This document shows positions 21,021 through 30,379 of a stretch of DNA of 64,000 nucleotides, piece by piece. Origin of the DNA: Methanomicrobia archaeon (GTDB taxonomy: Archaea > Halobacteriota > Syntropharchaeia > Alkanophagales > Methanospirareceae); the NCBI GenBank assembly GCA_011049045.1, contig DSCO01000057.1, positions 8,015 to 72,014 of the forward strand, read 5' to 3'. Numbering within the stretch: position 1 is the first letter of the stretch; each line of letters starts with the position of its first letter. The notes beneath the pieces are model-generated. The model saw nothing but the letters and a program-made list of their open reading frames with translations. It had not been told where the DNA came from and did no database searches. Position numbers and translations under genes: made by a program.

Positions 21021-21086
21021 CCTCTTCGGTCTCGTTCGGCTTCGTTAGAGCTCGAGTGCCACTAACTAAAACTAACTGATCGCGGA

Positions 21087-21425
21087 TCAGCAGGTCAGAT
21101 GTAACGCCGCGATCGTCCGTTTCTTCTGCGCGATCTGGTTGTAGAGCTTACAGGCCTGCTCGGTTGGCTCGATGAGCAGTTCAATGTCCTTCGATTCAAT
21201 ATAGCGCCGCGTTTGTGCAGGCACTTTCATGACGCCGTATTTGCCCGTGCCGACGATCAGCACCTCCGGCTGCTCTTTCACGATCGCATCCACGTCAGTT
21301 AGCAAGAGCACGTGCCCGTCTTTGCGCCACCACTGGTCTTCGATTCGGTCGGGATAGATGATTACATCGCTCGTGAACGTCGTGCCGTCGATGACGATCC
21401 TCCCGAAGTTATAGGCGTCAATCAT
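21087..21425 (-). CDS. Mth938-domain (DUF498-like) protein
   Basis: MIDAYNFGRIVIDGTTFTSDVIIYPDRI… matches Mth938-like pattern; GGAGG 7 nt upstream of this ATG (the ORF-track upstream start 21461 would overlap frhB-like gene). Confidence 0.6.
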   Translation of the reverse strand: MIDAYNFGRIVIDGTTFTSDVIIYPDRIEDQWWRKDGHVLLLTDVDAIVKEQPEVLIVGTGKYGVMKVPAQTRRYIESKDIELLIEPTEQACKLYNQIAQKKRTIAALHLTC

Positions 21426-21457
21426 TTTCCTGCCTCCACCACCACCTGACGATCGCC

Positions 21458-22897
21458 TCACTCGCGGTTCTGCTCGGCTCTCCTGCGCTTGATCTTCGTG
21501 AGCCGCTCGATCTCTTTGAGCTTTATGTCTTCGGTCACGTCCACGTACCCCTTTGCACGAGCACCCTGGAGCAGTTGCTCGCCACGCTCAGTTCGCGTCA
21601 GCACGGTGGACCATCCGGGCTCCGAGCCGACGGATCCGACGGAGATATCCGCGAGTTCCGCGGTATAATCCGGGCAGGCGAAGCAGCCAGCGTTGGCGAA
21701 GCCTTCGACCGCGTCAAAGGCCACGACGTGCAAGATCCCTGCGCGGTCATAGACGTGGAATTCTTTGCCTTTAATGTCCAGCTTTTTCACCTGCTCGACC
21801 GGGAGCACGTTGTTCTGGATATACGCCAGCAGCTCTTGCGTGAACGTCTCCATACAGAACAACCCAACCAGCAGGTTGATTCGCGCCTTATCGATACGGT
21901 AGGGTTGATCGGCGGTGATAACGCGCCGTATGCCCGCGATCTGGCAGGGGGTGCCGACGAACCCGATGCGGCTGCAGCCGGCGACCGCGGCGTCAACGAC
22001 CCCGATGCCTGAGGGGTAATAGGTGTATTTCGTGCCTGCACCTTGCTTGAGCTCTTGGGAACTCCGCACAACCTTCGCGCTCGGCTCCCAGGCGCGATCC
22101 GCGACGGTAATGGCTGCGCAATCAATGAGCCCTTCATCGAGCGCATAACCGAGCAATGCGGTCACCGCCCCGCCGTCCTGCGCCTGCTGCACGGTCATCT
22201 CATCCGTTGCCCGTACCGCATAGCTCGCTCTGTAGATCCCCAGGAGCTCCTCATCCGCTCGATGCCGCCCGAAGACCCGTTCTTCAACTGCGGTGTACGG
22301 GAACGTGCTCCGTATGTGCTTGTAGAGGTCGTCGAGCTTGATGGTGCCCGTGGGGCAGACGTACGCGCACGCGCCGCACCCGATGCAGACATCAGTGAGC
22401 CCGATCTCCAGCGAATCGTCGAGCGGGCCCTCGATCTGGCGGTTCACGCCGCGATTGATGAAATTGATCGCGCTCACGCCCACACGCTCCTCACAGACAC
22501 GGGTGCAGAGGCCGCAGAGTATGCAGGTATCATCGCCCTGAGGGAAGCGCGGTGTACCGACCTTGTATTCCCGCGCCAGCTCCCGGAGCACCGGCACCCC
22601 AGGGCATCGAGCGAGCAACAACTCAATGAGGAGTTTACGAATCGCGATGATCTCCGGTGTGCCGGTCTCCACGACCAGGCCATCCTCAACCGGATAATTA
22701 CAGGCGGTAACGATCTTGCTGCGCCCGCGTCTGGTTATTTTCACGGAGCAGAGCCGGCACGCGCCAAACGGCTCTACCAGCGGATGATAGCAGAGCGTGG
22801 GGATCGCAATCCCGAGATCGCGCGCAGCTTCCAGTATCGTCCTGCCCGCTGGCACGGTGATCTCCTGGGTATCGATCTCCAAGCGCACCTCGCTCAT
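21458..22897 (-). CDS. Fusion: NuoG/FdhA-N-like [2Fe-2S]+[4Fe-4S] ferredoxin module + FrhB/FdhB-like (F420 hydrogenase/dehydrogenase beta) domain
   Basis: N-term 2Fe-2S (CYHP…GACRLCSV…C) and CIGCGACAYVCP; FrhB N-domain GGAVTALLGYALDEGLIDCAAI and FrhB C-domain cluster motif CFACPDYTAELADISVGSVG; start ATG overlaps nuoF-like stop (ATGA). Confidence 0.8.
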   Translation of the reverse strand: MSEVRLEIDTQEITVPAGRTILEAARDLGIAIPTLCYHPLVEPFGACRLCSVKITRRGRSKIVTACNYPVEDGLVVETGTPEIIAIRKLLIELLLARCPGVPVLRELAREYKVGTPRFPQGDDTCILCGLCTRVCEERVGVSAINFINRGVNRQIEGPLDDSLEIGLTDVCIGCGACAYVCPTGTIKLDDLYKHIRSTFPYTAVEERVFGRHRADEELLGIYRASYAVRATDEMTVQQAQDGGAVTALLGYALDEGLIDCAAITVADRAWEPSAKVVRSSQELKQGAGTKYTYYPSGIGVVDAAVAGCSRIGFVGTPCQIAGIRRVITADQPYRIDKARINLLVGLFCMETFTQELLAYIQNNVLPVEQVKKLDIKGKEFHVYDRAGILHVVAFDAVEGFANAGCFACPDYTAELADISVGSVGSEPGWSTVLTRTERGEQLLQGARAKGYVDVTEDIKLKEIERLTKIKRRRAEQNRE

Positions 22898-24840
22898 TCG
22901 CCCTCGCCCCCCTCTTTCAGCTCGGTCTTCTTTGGCAGCTTTCGCTCGGCCTCGAGCAGCGGTGGCGGGACCGGTTCGCCCGAGATCTTGATTACGGCGC
23001 CGAATTTCGGCGGGCACTGATAGAAACAGGAGCCACATTTCGTGCAGGTCGCCTGGTCGATCACATGGATCACTCTCTTATCGCCATCGATCGCGTTCAC
23101 GGGACAGACCTTGAGGCAGAGCAAGCACGCCCTGCACCTGCTCGGCTCGATATAATAACTGATCAGCCCTTTGCAGACGAGCGCAAGGCAGCGCTTATCC
23201 CTGATGTGCGCTTCATATTCGTCCCTGAAGTACCGGAGCGTGGTCAGTACGGGATTCGCAGCGGTCGTTCCGAGCGCGCACAACGATGCGTCCTTCATCA
23301 CGCCGCTGATCTCTTCCAGCAGCTCGATGTCGCCCTCCGTCCCTTCACCGGCCACGACACGGTTCAGGATCTCGCGGAGGTGCTTCAGCCCCTCGCGACA
23401 GGGCACGCACTTGCCGCAGGATTCGTCGCAGAGGAAGTCTACGAAGTATCGCGCGACGTCGACCATGCAGGTGTCCTCGTCCATGACGATCATGCCGCCG
23501 GAGCCCATCATGGAGCCGAGCTTGGTGAGCTCGTCGAAGTCCACGGGCGTATCGAGATAGTCCTCGGGGATACAGCCGCCGGACGGCCCGCCGGTCTGCA
23601 CGGCCTTGAACGCTTTGTTGCCCGGTATGCCGCCGCCGATCTTGAAGATGATGTCCCGGAGCGAGGTGCCCATAGGGACCTCAACCAGGCCGGTATTGTT
23701 CACCTTCCCGACGAGCGAGAAGATCTTCGTGCCTTTGCTCTCCGCCGTCCCGATCGATGCGAACCAGTCAGCGCCCTTGTTAATGATGAGCGGCACGTTC
23801 GCCCAGGTCTCAACGTTGTTGAGATCGCTGGGTTTGTCCCAGAGCCCGCTCTCGGAGGTGTGCACGTATTTCGGTCGCGGCTCCCCCACTCTCCCCTCGA
23901 TCGCGTTCATCAACGCGCTCGACTCGCCGGAGACGAAGGCGCCCGCGCCTTTGTGAATGGTGACGGTGAAGTCGAAGCCGGAACCGAGGATGTTCTTCCC
24001 GAGGAGCCCCAGCTCCTCCGCCTGCGTGATCGCGATCTTCGCATTGGTCACGGCGAGTGGATATTCCTGGCGGATATACAGGAAGCCCTCGTGCGCGCCG
24101 ATCGCATAAGCGCCGAGGATCAGGCCTTCGAGGATACTGTGCGGATTCCCCTCCATGAGCGCGCGATCCATGAACGCACCGGGGTCACCCTCATCGCAGT
24201 TCACAATCACGTATTTCGGCTCGCCTGCCGCCTTTCGCGTTGATTCCCACTTCACGCCGGTGGGGAATCCGCCGCCGCCGCGCCCGCGCAGTTTCGAGCG
24301 CTTGATCTCCTCGATCACCTGCTCGGGCGTGTACTCGAAGAGCACCGTACTGAGCGCCCGATATCCACCGATGGCGAGGTAATCCTCGATGCGTTTGGGG
24401 TCGATCGTGATATTATCGCCGATGAGTAGCCGTTTCTGGTACTTGTAGAACGGGATCTCAGATTCGTGGACCGCTTTCTCGCCGGTCTCGGGATCGGTAT
24501 AGAGCAATCGCTCGACGACCTTCTTCCCTTTGATCGTTTCGGTAATGATCTCGGGGACGTCTTCAGGCTGCACCTGGAGATAGCAGATCTCTTCGGGATA
24601 GATGACCACGATCGGGCCCCGCTCGCAGAAACCGGGACAACCGGTCTCTCGCAGGTCCACCGTGTCGCCGAGACCCTGCTCACGCAAGCCCTCTTTGAAT
24701 GCGGTGATCACCTTCTTCACACCGAGTGCGAGGCAGCCTGTGCCCGCGCAGATAGCGATACGGGGCTTCTCAGGGTCTCGTTGCGCCTGTATCTCGTTCC
24801 TCAGGCCCTCCAATTCCGCAGGGGATTTCAATCGTGCCAT
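22894..24840 (-). CDS. NuoF/HydB-like NAD(P)H-binding FMN flavoprotein with N-terminal thioredoxin-like [2Fe-2S] and C-terminal 2x[4Fe-4S]
   Basis: 648 aa; RGRGGGGFPTGVKW, VNCDEGDPGAFMDR, CGKCVPCREG, C-terminal CTKCGSCFYQCP. Confidence 0.9.
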   Translation of the reverse strand: MARLKSPAELEGLRNEIQAQRDPEKPRIAICAGTGCLALGVKKVITAFKEGLREQGLGDTVDLRETGCPGFCERGPIVVIYPEEICYLQVQPEDVPEIITETIKGKKVVERLLYTDPETGEKAVHESEIPFYKYQKRLLIGDNITIDPKRIEDYLAIGGYRALSTVLFEYTPEQVIEEIKRSKLRGRGGGGFPTGVKWESTRKAAGEPKYVIVNCDEGDPGAFMDRALMEGNPHSILEGLILGAYAIGAHEGFLYIRQEYPLAVTNAKIAITQAEELGLLGKNILGSGFDFTVTIHKGAGAFVSGESSALMNAIEGRVGEPRPKYVHTSESGLWDKPSDLNNVETWANVPLIINKGADWFASIGTAESKGTKIFSLVGKVNNTGLVEVPMGTSLRDIIFKIGGGIPGNKAFKAVQTGGPSGGCIPEDYLDTPVDFDELTKLGSMMGSGGMIVMDEDTCMVDVARYFVDFLCDESCGKCVPCREGLKHLREILNRVVAGEGTEGDIELLEEISGVMKDASLCALGTTAANPVLTTLRYFRDEYEAHIRDKRCLALVCKGLISYYIEPSRCRACLLCLKVCPVNAIDGDKRVIHVIDQATCTKCGSCFYQCPPKFGAVIKISGEPVPPPLLEAERKLPKKTELKEGGEGE

Positions 24841-24855
24841 AACAAATGCTCCACT

Positions 24856-25311
24856 CTATTCGTAGCGTGACAGGATACCTTGCACATCACCGGGATTCAA
24901 CTTACCATGGTAATCCTCATCAACCACCATCACCGGCCCGAGCGCGCAACAGCCGATGCAATTCACCCGCTTGACCGTGAACTTCATGTCCGCGGTCGTC
25001 CCGTCCGCTTTCACGCCGAGCATATCCTCGACCTTCTCCAGGATCCGCGGGCCGCCGCGCACATGACAGGCCGTGCCCAGACAGACCTGGATCACGTGCC
25101 GGCCGATCGGCTCCAGGCTCAGCACCTTATAGAAACTAACAACGCGATAAATGCGAGTCAACGGGATCTTAAGCCGGGTGCTTATACGCTCCATTGCTTC
25201 TCGGGGTATCCAGTTGAGCTCATTCTGGAGCTCCAGAAGCAGTTGAATTAAAACACCCTCTTTTCCTTCATAACGATCAATAATCGCATCGATCCGCTCT
25301 TCAGCTACCAT
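24856..25311 (-). CDS. NuoE/HoxE/HydC-like [2Fe-2S] subunit
   Basis: ~151 aa; CLGTACHVRGG … CIGCCALGPV; GAGGTG SD 7 nt upstream of ATG at 25311. Confidence 0.85.
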   Translation of the reverse strand: MVAEERIDAIIDRYEGKEGVLIQLLLELQNELNWIPREAMERISTRLKIPLTRIYRVVSFYKVLSLEPIGRHVIQVCLGTACHVRGGPRILEKVEDMLGVKADGTTADMKFTVKRVNCIGCCALGPVMVVDEDYHGKLNPGDVQGILSRYE

Positions 25312-25631
25312 CTCGCGCACCTCTCGACCTCTGTCCCACACGGACCGTTGTGGCCGAAGCAGCCTTTACATTCCCTAATCGAGCGCGAGCAAATAAATAG
25401 CACTTGCTTCTTCCGACGCTACGCGCCCCGGTCGTTGGCGATTCGCTCTCGTTGCTGCACGAATCCAGCGCAGAACCTCTACCTCTCGCGATCATATTTG
25501 TTACCGTTCATTACCCTGAGACGCCTTTGAGAACGGGGAAATGCACGGAACGAGCTGATTGAACCAGGCAATTCGTGCGCATCTCGAGCCCAAAGAGCAT
25601 CTGCGGCGCCCACGAGGTGCGGCCTTCAATC

Positions 25632-26021
25632 CTAAACCAGATGCGGGCAGAACCGATCAGACCGCATCCTCCCACCGATACCTTCTTCCATCTGCTGCTT
25701 CAGCAGCTGCCGGAATTCAGGCTTCTCCAGCAGGGTCATGAAGATTATCGCAGCGGATCCCTCCTCATCGGTCCTGTTAATCCCATCGAGCATCAAAAGC
25801 TGTCGTTTCGCATATTCGAGCCTGTACTTCCTAAGCTCGAGCCCACGATGGAGATAATGGTTGATCGCCTGCGAGCGTCTATCCCAGAGCCCCTCTTCCA
25901 CCTCTTTATCGATCTCCTGCATCAGCTGCGAACGTATCGAGATTGAAAACGTCTCCTTACCGCCGCCCCTTTTCCTTCTTCGCGCGTCGCTTCCGCGCTG
26001 CTCCGCCTCGCCTTCTTCCAT
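25632..26021 (-). CDS. Ribbon-helix-helix (CopG/NikR-N-like) transcriptional regulator
   Basis: 129 aa; ETFSISIRSQLMQEIDKEVEEGLWDRRSQAINHYLHRGL fits RHH β-α-α; lies upstream of nuoE-like operon. Confidence 0.45.
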   Translation of the reverse strand: MEEGEAEQRGSDARRRKRGGGKETFSISIRSQLMQEIDKEVEEGLWDRRSQAINHYLHRGLELRKYRLEYAKRQLLMLDGINRTDEEGSAAIIFMTLLEKPEFRQLLKQQMEEGIGGRMRSDRFCPHLV

Positions 26022-26179
26022 TTCCTTTCACCTCGCCACCAACATTCACACTATGTGCTTAAATATAGTGCTTAAAAACAGGAGTATACCATTCAGGTAC
26101 CACCATTCCGTTTGCCGATAGTTTTATATACTCAACCCACCTGGGCGCTATTGCGGTTTAAGACGAAAGGTGTATTGTT

Positions 26180-26455
26180 ATGGCACGCGGCGATGAAGAA
26201 ATCGAGTCAACGCCGGCATGCGCTGGCGTGGAAGTGACTGAGCGAGATGAGGGGCGTGCAGCTCGTTCTGCTTCAGAGCTCTCCGAGTCCTCATCTGAGG
26301 AGCCTTTGAGCCCAGCTTCACGGCTGGCATTGGAACGATTTGTTGAGAAATGGCGACCCTATATTGAAGAGCCCTACCTCCTGGATCAGCCGGTGCGGAT
26401 GATCGCGCAGTGCATCAGGGAAATTGCGGTAGAGGAGGGTTTGATCCGCGAATGA
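26180..26455 (+). CDS. Hypothetical acidic protein
   Basis: 91 aa; ATGA-coupled to next small ORF; no recognisable domain. Confidence 0.3.
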   Translation: MARGDEEIESTPACAGVEVTERDEGRAARSASELSESSSEEPLSPASRLALERFVEKWRPYIEEPYLLDQPVRMIAQCIREIAVEEGLIRE

Positions 26456-26649
26456 CCGAGATCGTTGCGCGAACGCCGCTGCGCTGCTCGCGGATCAGGG
26501 ACATCGTGACGACCAAGGACGGCGAGGTCACCGAAGAACGCACCGTATGGCTCGAGAACGACGCGCTCTCCGTCACGCTAAAAGGGCAGCCCGGCAAACT
26601 GCGCTTCGTCGAGGGCGAAGAGTACAGCGCCGAATTCCGCTCCTCCTAG
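26452..26649 (+). CDS. Hypothetical small protein
   Basis: 65 aa from ATG overlapping upstream stop. Confidence 0.3.
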   Translation: MTEIVARTPLRCSRIRDIVTTKDGEVTEERTVWLENDALSVTLKGQPGKLRFVEGEEYSAEFRSS

Positions 26650-27094
26650 CGCCTGCCCTTTTTGGCTGAGGCCGTCGAGAGCAAGCAGGCGGAAGCGACC
26701 GATATGGAAGGTGATATAGAAGGACTGAGAATATGCTCATTTATTCTTCCGCAGAACCGATAAGAACTCCAGAGCCCTCATCCCATTTCAGATAATCAAT
26801 GCTATCTATGTTCTATTAAAATTAAGTAAGAACTCGCCCGGGCCTCTACCAGTCAGAATCTTCCACCGTGTTACGTGTTCGTCTCATGCATCGCGGACCA
26901 CGTATTGATCATCTTTGCTCCATGATCGGTCGTACACGTCCTCGGTCGTGCCCGGCACCACGGTACTCTTAACGACCACCAGATGGAACACATCCTTCTG
27001 CTTGATGGCGTCCCCGGTACTCTCAGCGGTTAACCGCACGTAAGCAAGATCGATCCACCAGCCTCTCTAGAACCGATCAGACAGCAGTATCACT

Positions 27095-27448
27095 TTATTC
27101 CAGTCCAACCCAAATGCTGCCCTCATCCACGCGCGTCGGGTAAACCGTCAGGGCCTTTTTCCGCGAGAGGATACTCAGGACCTTGCCCGCAACGGGTGGC
27201 CACGGGCTCCATTCCTTAACATCTCCGGTGCGTATGTCAAAGGCGCTGTGGTGCCAGGGACAGATAATTGCTCCATCGGGGCTGATTCTGCCTTTGACCA
27301 GCCGGCCGCCCATGTGCGGGCATTTGCTGTTCATGGCGTACACTTCGCCCTCGTGGTGGAGGAGCAGGATCGACTTGCCCTCCACTTCGACCACCTTACG
27401 GTCGCCCTCAGGTAATTCCTGCTCTGAAAGAACACGTATCCAGTTCAT
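27095..27448 (-). CDS. Rieske [2Fe-2S] domain protein
   Basis: 117 aa; CPHMGGRL … CPWHHSAF. Confidence 0.8.
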   Translation of the reverse strand: MNWIRVLSEQELPEGDRKVVEVEGKSILLLHHEGEVYAMNSKCPHMGGRLVKGRISPDGAIICPWHHSAFDIRTGDVKEWSPWPPVAGKVLSILSRKKALTVYPTRVDEGSIWVGLE

Positions 27449-27481
27449 ATCTTCCCTCCATTATTTATGCCACCCAGCGGG

Positions 27482-27781
27482 TTAATCTAATGCCGCAAGA
27501 GCATGAGCTGCGGTATAAACGCTCCCAACGCCACAGACGTACTGGGTAACTCTCAACACTTCTGTGATCTCTTCATTGGTAGCGCCGGCTTGCATAGCGG
27601 CCTGAGCTAATGCTTTTACCCCTTCGGTAGCTCCGTTTGATGCGTCCAAAGCCAGAGCGATAAGGAGCTTAAACTTTGTAGGGAGAGCACCGTCAGCAAG
27701 CGCGAACTCACGTGTTTCGGCAACGAGCGCGAGCAGCTCGGGATCACGTTTCTCAAATATCTTCAAGGGATTTTCAGCCAT
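27482..27781 (-). CDS. Carboxymuconolactone decarboxylase (AhpD-like) family protein
   Basis: 99 aa; CMD-domain pattern incl. conserved Cys near C-terminus. Confidence 0.7.
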   Translation of the reverse strand: MAENPLKIFEKRDPELLALVAETREFALADGALPTKFKLLIALALDASNGATEGVKALAQAAMQAGATNEEITEVLRVTQYVCGVGSVYTAAHALAALD

Positions 27782-28206
27782 CTCTTACCACCTCCTGTAA
27801 TAGTGGTTAGAAATTGTTATAGAAAAACGATTAGCTTACACCCTCTCTCCGCCCCTTCGCCAGTCCAGCATCCTCGCTATGCAGCCCCTTTCCGTGCCGA
27901 GTGCAACAGCCATTGCGTTCGCGTAGACAAAGAACAGCGCCCCTCTTCACCTCCCGAAAGGCTCACTAGCCGCCACCTGCAGAGTCACCGGTACCCCTTG
28001 GGGACTGAAGCTGAAGCTTTACGTGTTCAATCAGCATTAGCTATTGCGGAATCAGAGGCGGTGCTGAGGAACGATGGCGTTGCAAGTATTCCAAAACTCA
28101 CCGGGATGATCTATGCACTGATCGCGTTTCCCATCTTACTTTACCTGCTCTATAGTAACAACTACACCAAAAAATCGGCTATCTGTTCTTAATCCTCTCG
28201 ATACTC

Positions 28207-28776
28207 ATGGGCTTTTTAGTGTTTGTACCCTTGTTTCTCTATCAATTTCAGATGCTTATTACCGGAAATACCAACCAACATGGTGGACCACTGCCAATAG
28301 TTATCCTGAGTCTGATACTCTTCTTCATCCTCACGCTGGTATTCGGCAGAATATTTCTTGGCTTTATCTGCCCTATTGGAACGCTTCAGGAGCCGGCTTA
28401 TCAACTTCCAACCAAAAAACCGAAGATAGTCAACAAAACTCTGGCGGTTGTTCTTCATCTACTCTTCATCCTTTTTTCTCGTCTCGTGCCCCTCGGCGTG
28501 CTCTTCTCTATAGGAATCCTTACGTTTCTTGGCGTGCGTGATTTCTTTTATCTCGCTGCAGGGTCGGTATTCTTCTTTGTATTTCTTGCTTTCGTGCTGC
28601 TCTCCATCGTTCTGTACCGACCTTTCTGCCGCTTCTTCTGCCCGTACGGGCTGCTGCTTCCGCTGGTAGCCTTCACGAGCGTCTGTAAAGTAAACTACGG
28701 CGAACCTCCCGTTGCACGATGTGTGGCAAATGCGAGGACGTTCGCTCTACCAAGAAGGCGGGCAAAACGGAGTTAA
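28207..28776 (+). CDS. Polytopic NapH/MauN-type 'polyferredoxin' membrane protein (TM part)
   Basis: 189 aa, ≥4 TM; FICPIGTLQE and CRFFCPYGLL motifs; ferredoxin tail is in a different frame (see next feature). Confidence 0.65.
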   Translation: MGFLVFVPLFLYQFQMLITGNTNQHGGPLPIVILSLILFFILTLVFGRIFLGFICPIGTLQEPAYQLPTKKPKIVNKTLAVVLHLLFILFSRLVPLGVLFSIGILTFLGVRDFFYLAAGSVFFFVFLAFVLLSIVLYRPFCRFFCPYGLLLPLVAFTSVCKVNYGEPPVARCVANARTFALPRRRAKRS

Positions 28777-28872
28777 CGCGAAAATGTTATCTTTGTAATT
28801 GCTGCAGATATGTTTGTTCTGCCGATGCACTTGCCATGGACGAACGTGGAAAAATAGGGGGAATAGAAAAAC
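28713..28872 (+). other. Out-of-frame 2x[4Fe-4S] ferredoxin-like tail (CTMCGKCEDV … CYLCNCCRYVCSAD) probably belonging to the preceding membrane protein via frameshift
   Basis: Frame-0 translation after stop at 28686 gives two CxxCxxC(xxxC) motifs; NapH-family proteins normally carry these C-terminally. Confidence 0.4.
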
Positions 28873-28875
28873 GAA

Positions 28876-29223
28876 ATGGATCATGATAACGAGCAGATGG
28901 ACACGGAAAAGCTTCTCGCGCGCGCGATCCGAGTAGCTGACCTGGTGGATTACCAGGAGGGCGCGGTGGTGAGCCGAACGCTCATTGACAAGAAGACCGG
29001 GACGGTCACCTTGTTCGCCTTCGCGGAGGGACAAGGATTGAGCGAGCATACCGCACCATTTGATGCCCTGGTTCAGATCATCGATGGCGAAGCGAAGATC
29101 GTCATCTCGGGCACATCGCTCCGGGTACAGAAAGGCGAGCTGGTGATCATGCCGGCGAATGAGCCCCATGCGCTAAAAGCCGTAAAGCCATTCAAGATGC
29201 TGCTGACCATGATACGGTCGTGA
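28876..29223 (+). CDS. Cupin-domain protein (intact paralogue)
   Basis: 115 aa; cupin barrel motifs; paralogue of pseudogene at 9779..10106. Confidence 0.75.
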   Translation: MDHDNEQMDTEKLLARAIRVADLVDYQEGAVVSRTLIDKKTGTVTLFAFAEGQGLSEHTAPFDALVQIIDGEAKIVISGTSLRVQKGELVIMPANEPHALKAVKPFKMLLTMIRS

Positions 29224-29357
29224 TATGCGCGCGCGGATGCGGCAGCAGCTCAGTCTGCACCGTTTTTGCGGTTTGTCCTGCGCACAGAGGGGGACACAAG
29301 CAGTTATTCAATTTAAGGACGCGTGCCCTAAGAAATCATCAGCCATGAGGCGGCAAC

Positions 29358-30152
29358 ATGAAGAAAGTAAAACGAAAAATAATCAGGATTGATGAGGATT
29401 TATGTGACGGCTGCGGAATTTGTATTCCCTCGTGCGCCGAACAGGCAATCCAGCTTGTTGATACTCCTGCAGGTAAGAAAGCGAGGTTGGTGAAAGAGTT
29501 TTACTGTGATGGGCTGGGTGCGTGTCTTGGTTCCTGTCCCACAGGGGCACTAACCGTTGAAGAACGAGAGGCGGAACCTTACGATGAAGCGGCAACACTC
29601 GCTCGAATTAGAAGAACAGCTCCTGAGCTGCTCGAAGAGCAGGTGAAACATCCTGAGGAACATGCACAGGAATTCTCCGAACAGCACGCACAGAAACTGC
29701 CGGGAGGTGTATCTTCATGTCCTTCCGTCCAGATGCTTCGGTGGGCAGGTAAGGGGGAGGACGTAGCTCAAGAATCCGTGAAATCCCACTCGGCGTTACG
29801 GCATTGGCCTATACAACTGCACTTAGTCCACCCATCCGCGCCTTATTATCGGGATGCGGACCTGGTTATAGCTGCGGATTGCGTTCCTTTTGCCTACGCC
29901 AAGTTCCATGAGGATTTTCTGAAGGGTAAGGTGCTCGCTATTGGCTGTCCGAAACTTGACGATATTGACGCTTATAGAGTAAAACTTAAGCAACTGATCG
30001 AAACAGCACATCCCAGGAGTATAACAATCGTACACATGGAAGTCCCCTGCTGTTCTGGTTTTGTAAACCTTGTTCGGCAAGCACTGCGAGAATCCCGGAT
30101 GAATGTTCCGCTTGAAGAAATAGTAATACGTATAACGGGCGAAAAGATGTAA
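29358..30152 (+). CDS. 4Fe-4S dicluster-domain protein with uncharacterised C-terminal domain
   Basis: 264 aa; CDGCGICIPSC…CDGLGACLGSCP; C-terminal Cys-containing domain (CPKLDD…VPCCSG) of unknown function. Confidence 0.65.
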   Translation: MKKVKRKIIRIDEDLCDGCGICIPSCAEQAIQLVDTPAGKKARLVKEFYCDGLGACLGSCPTGALTVEEREAEPYDEAATLARIRRTAPELLEEQVKHPEEHAQEFSEQHAQKLPGGVSSCPSVQMLRWAGKGEDVAQESVKSHSALRHWPIQLHLVHPSAPYYRDADLVIAADCVPFAYAKFHEDFLKGKVLAIGCPKLDDIDAYRVKLKQLIETAHPRSITIVHMEVPCCSGFVNLVRQALRESRMNVPLEEIVIRITGEKM

Positions 30153-30379
30153 GGAAAAACTCTCTCCCGCAGATGCACTTGCTTCTTGCTTTGATCGTGG
30201 GCGAACTCCCGGCTAACAAGAGCGAACGAAACAGTCAAGCTGGTTTTCGTCTTCACCGGGAGGACCTGTATCAGCTCCTGAAGAAGACGAATCGAACTCG
30301 AGCTACTTCCGAAGAGACGCCCGATGCGTTTACGAACGTCGAATTGGTCGTGTTCCCGCACGACCACATATAGGCCGCA

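Noticed and set aside
22043-24243. 325-aa and 392-aa + strand ORFs
   Set aside because: Antisense to the frhB-fusion and nuoF-like genes, whose motifs are unambiguous; Arg/Ala/Asp-rich composition typical of antisense GC-rich frames.
27803-28192. 129-aa + strand ORF with a hydrophobic C-terminus upstream of the polyferredoxin gene
   Set aside because: Different frame from the downstream membrane protein, Pro/Arg-rich N-terminal part with no SD or homology signal; likely intergenic noise.
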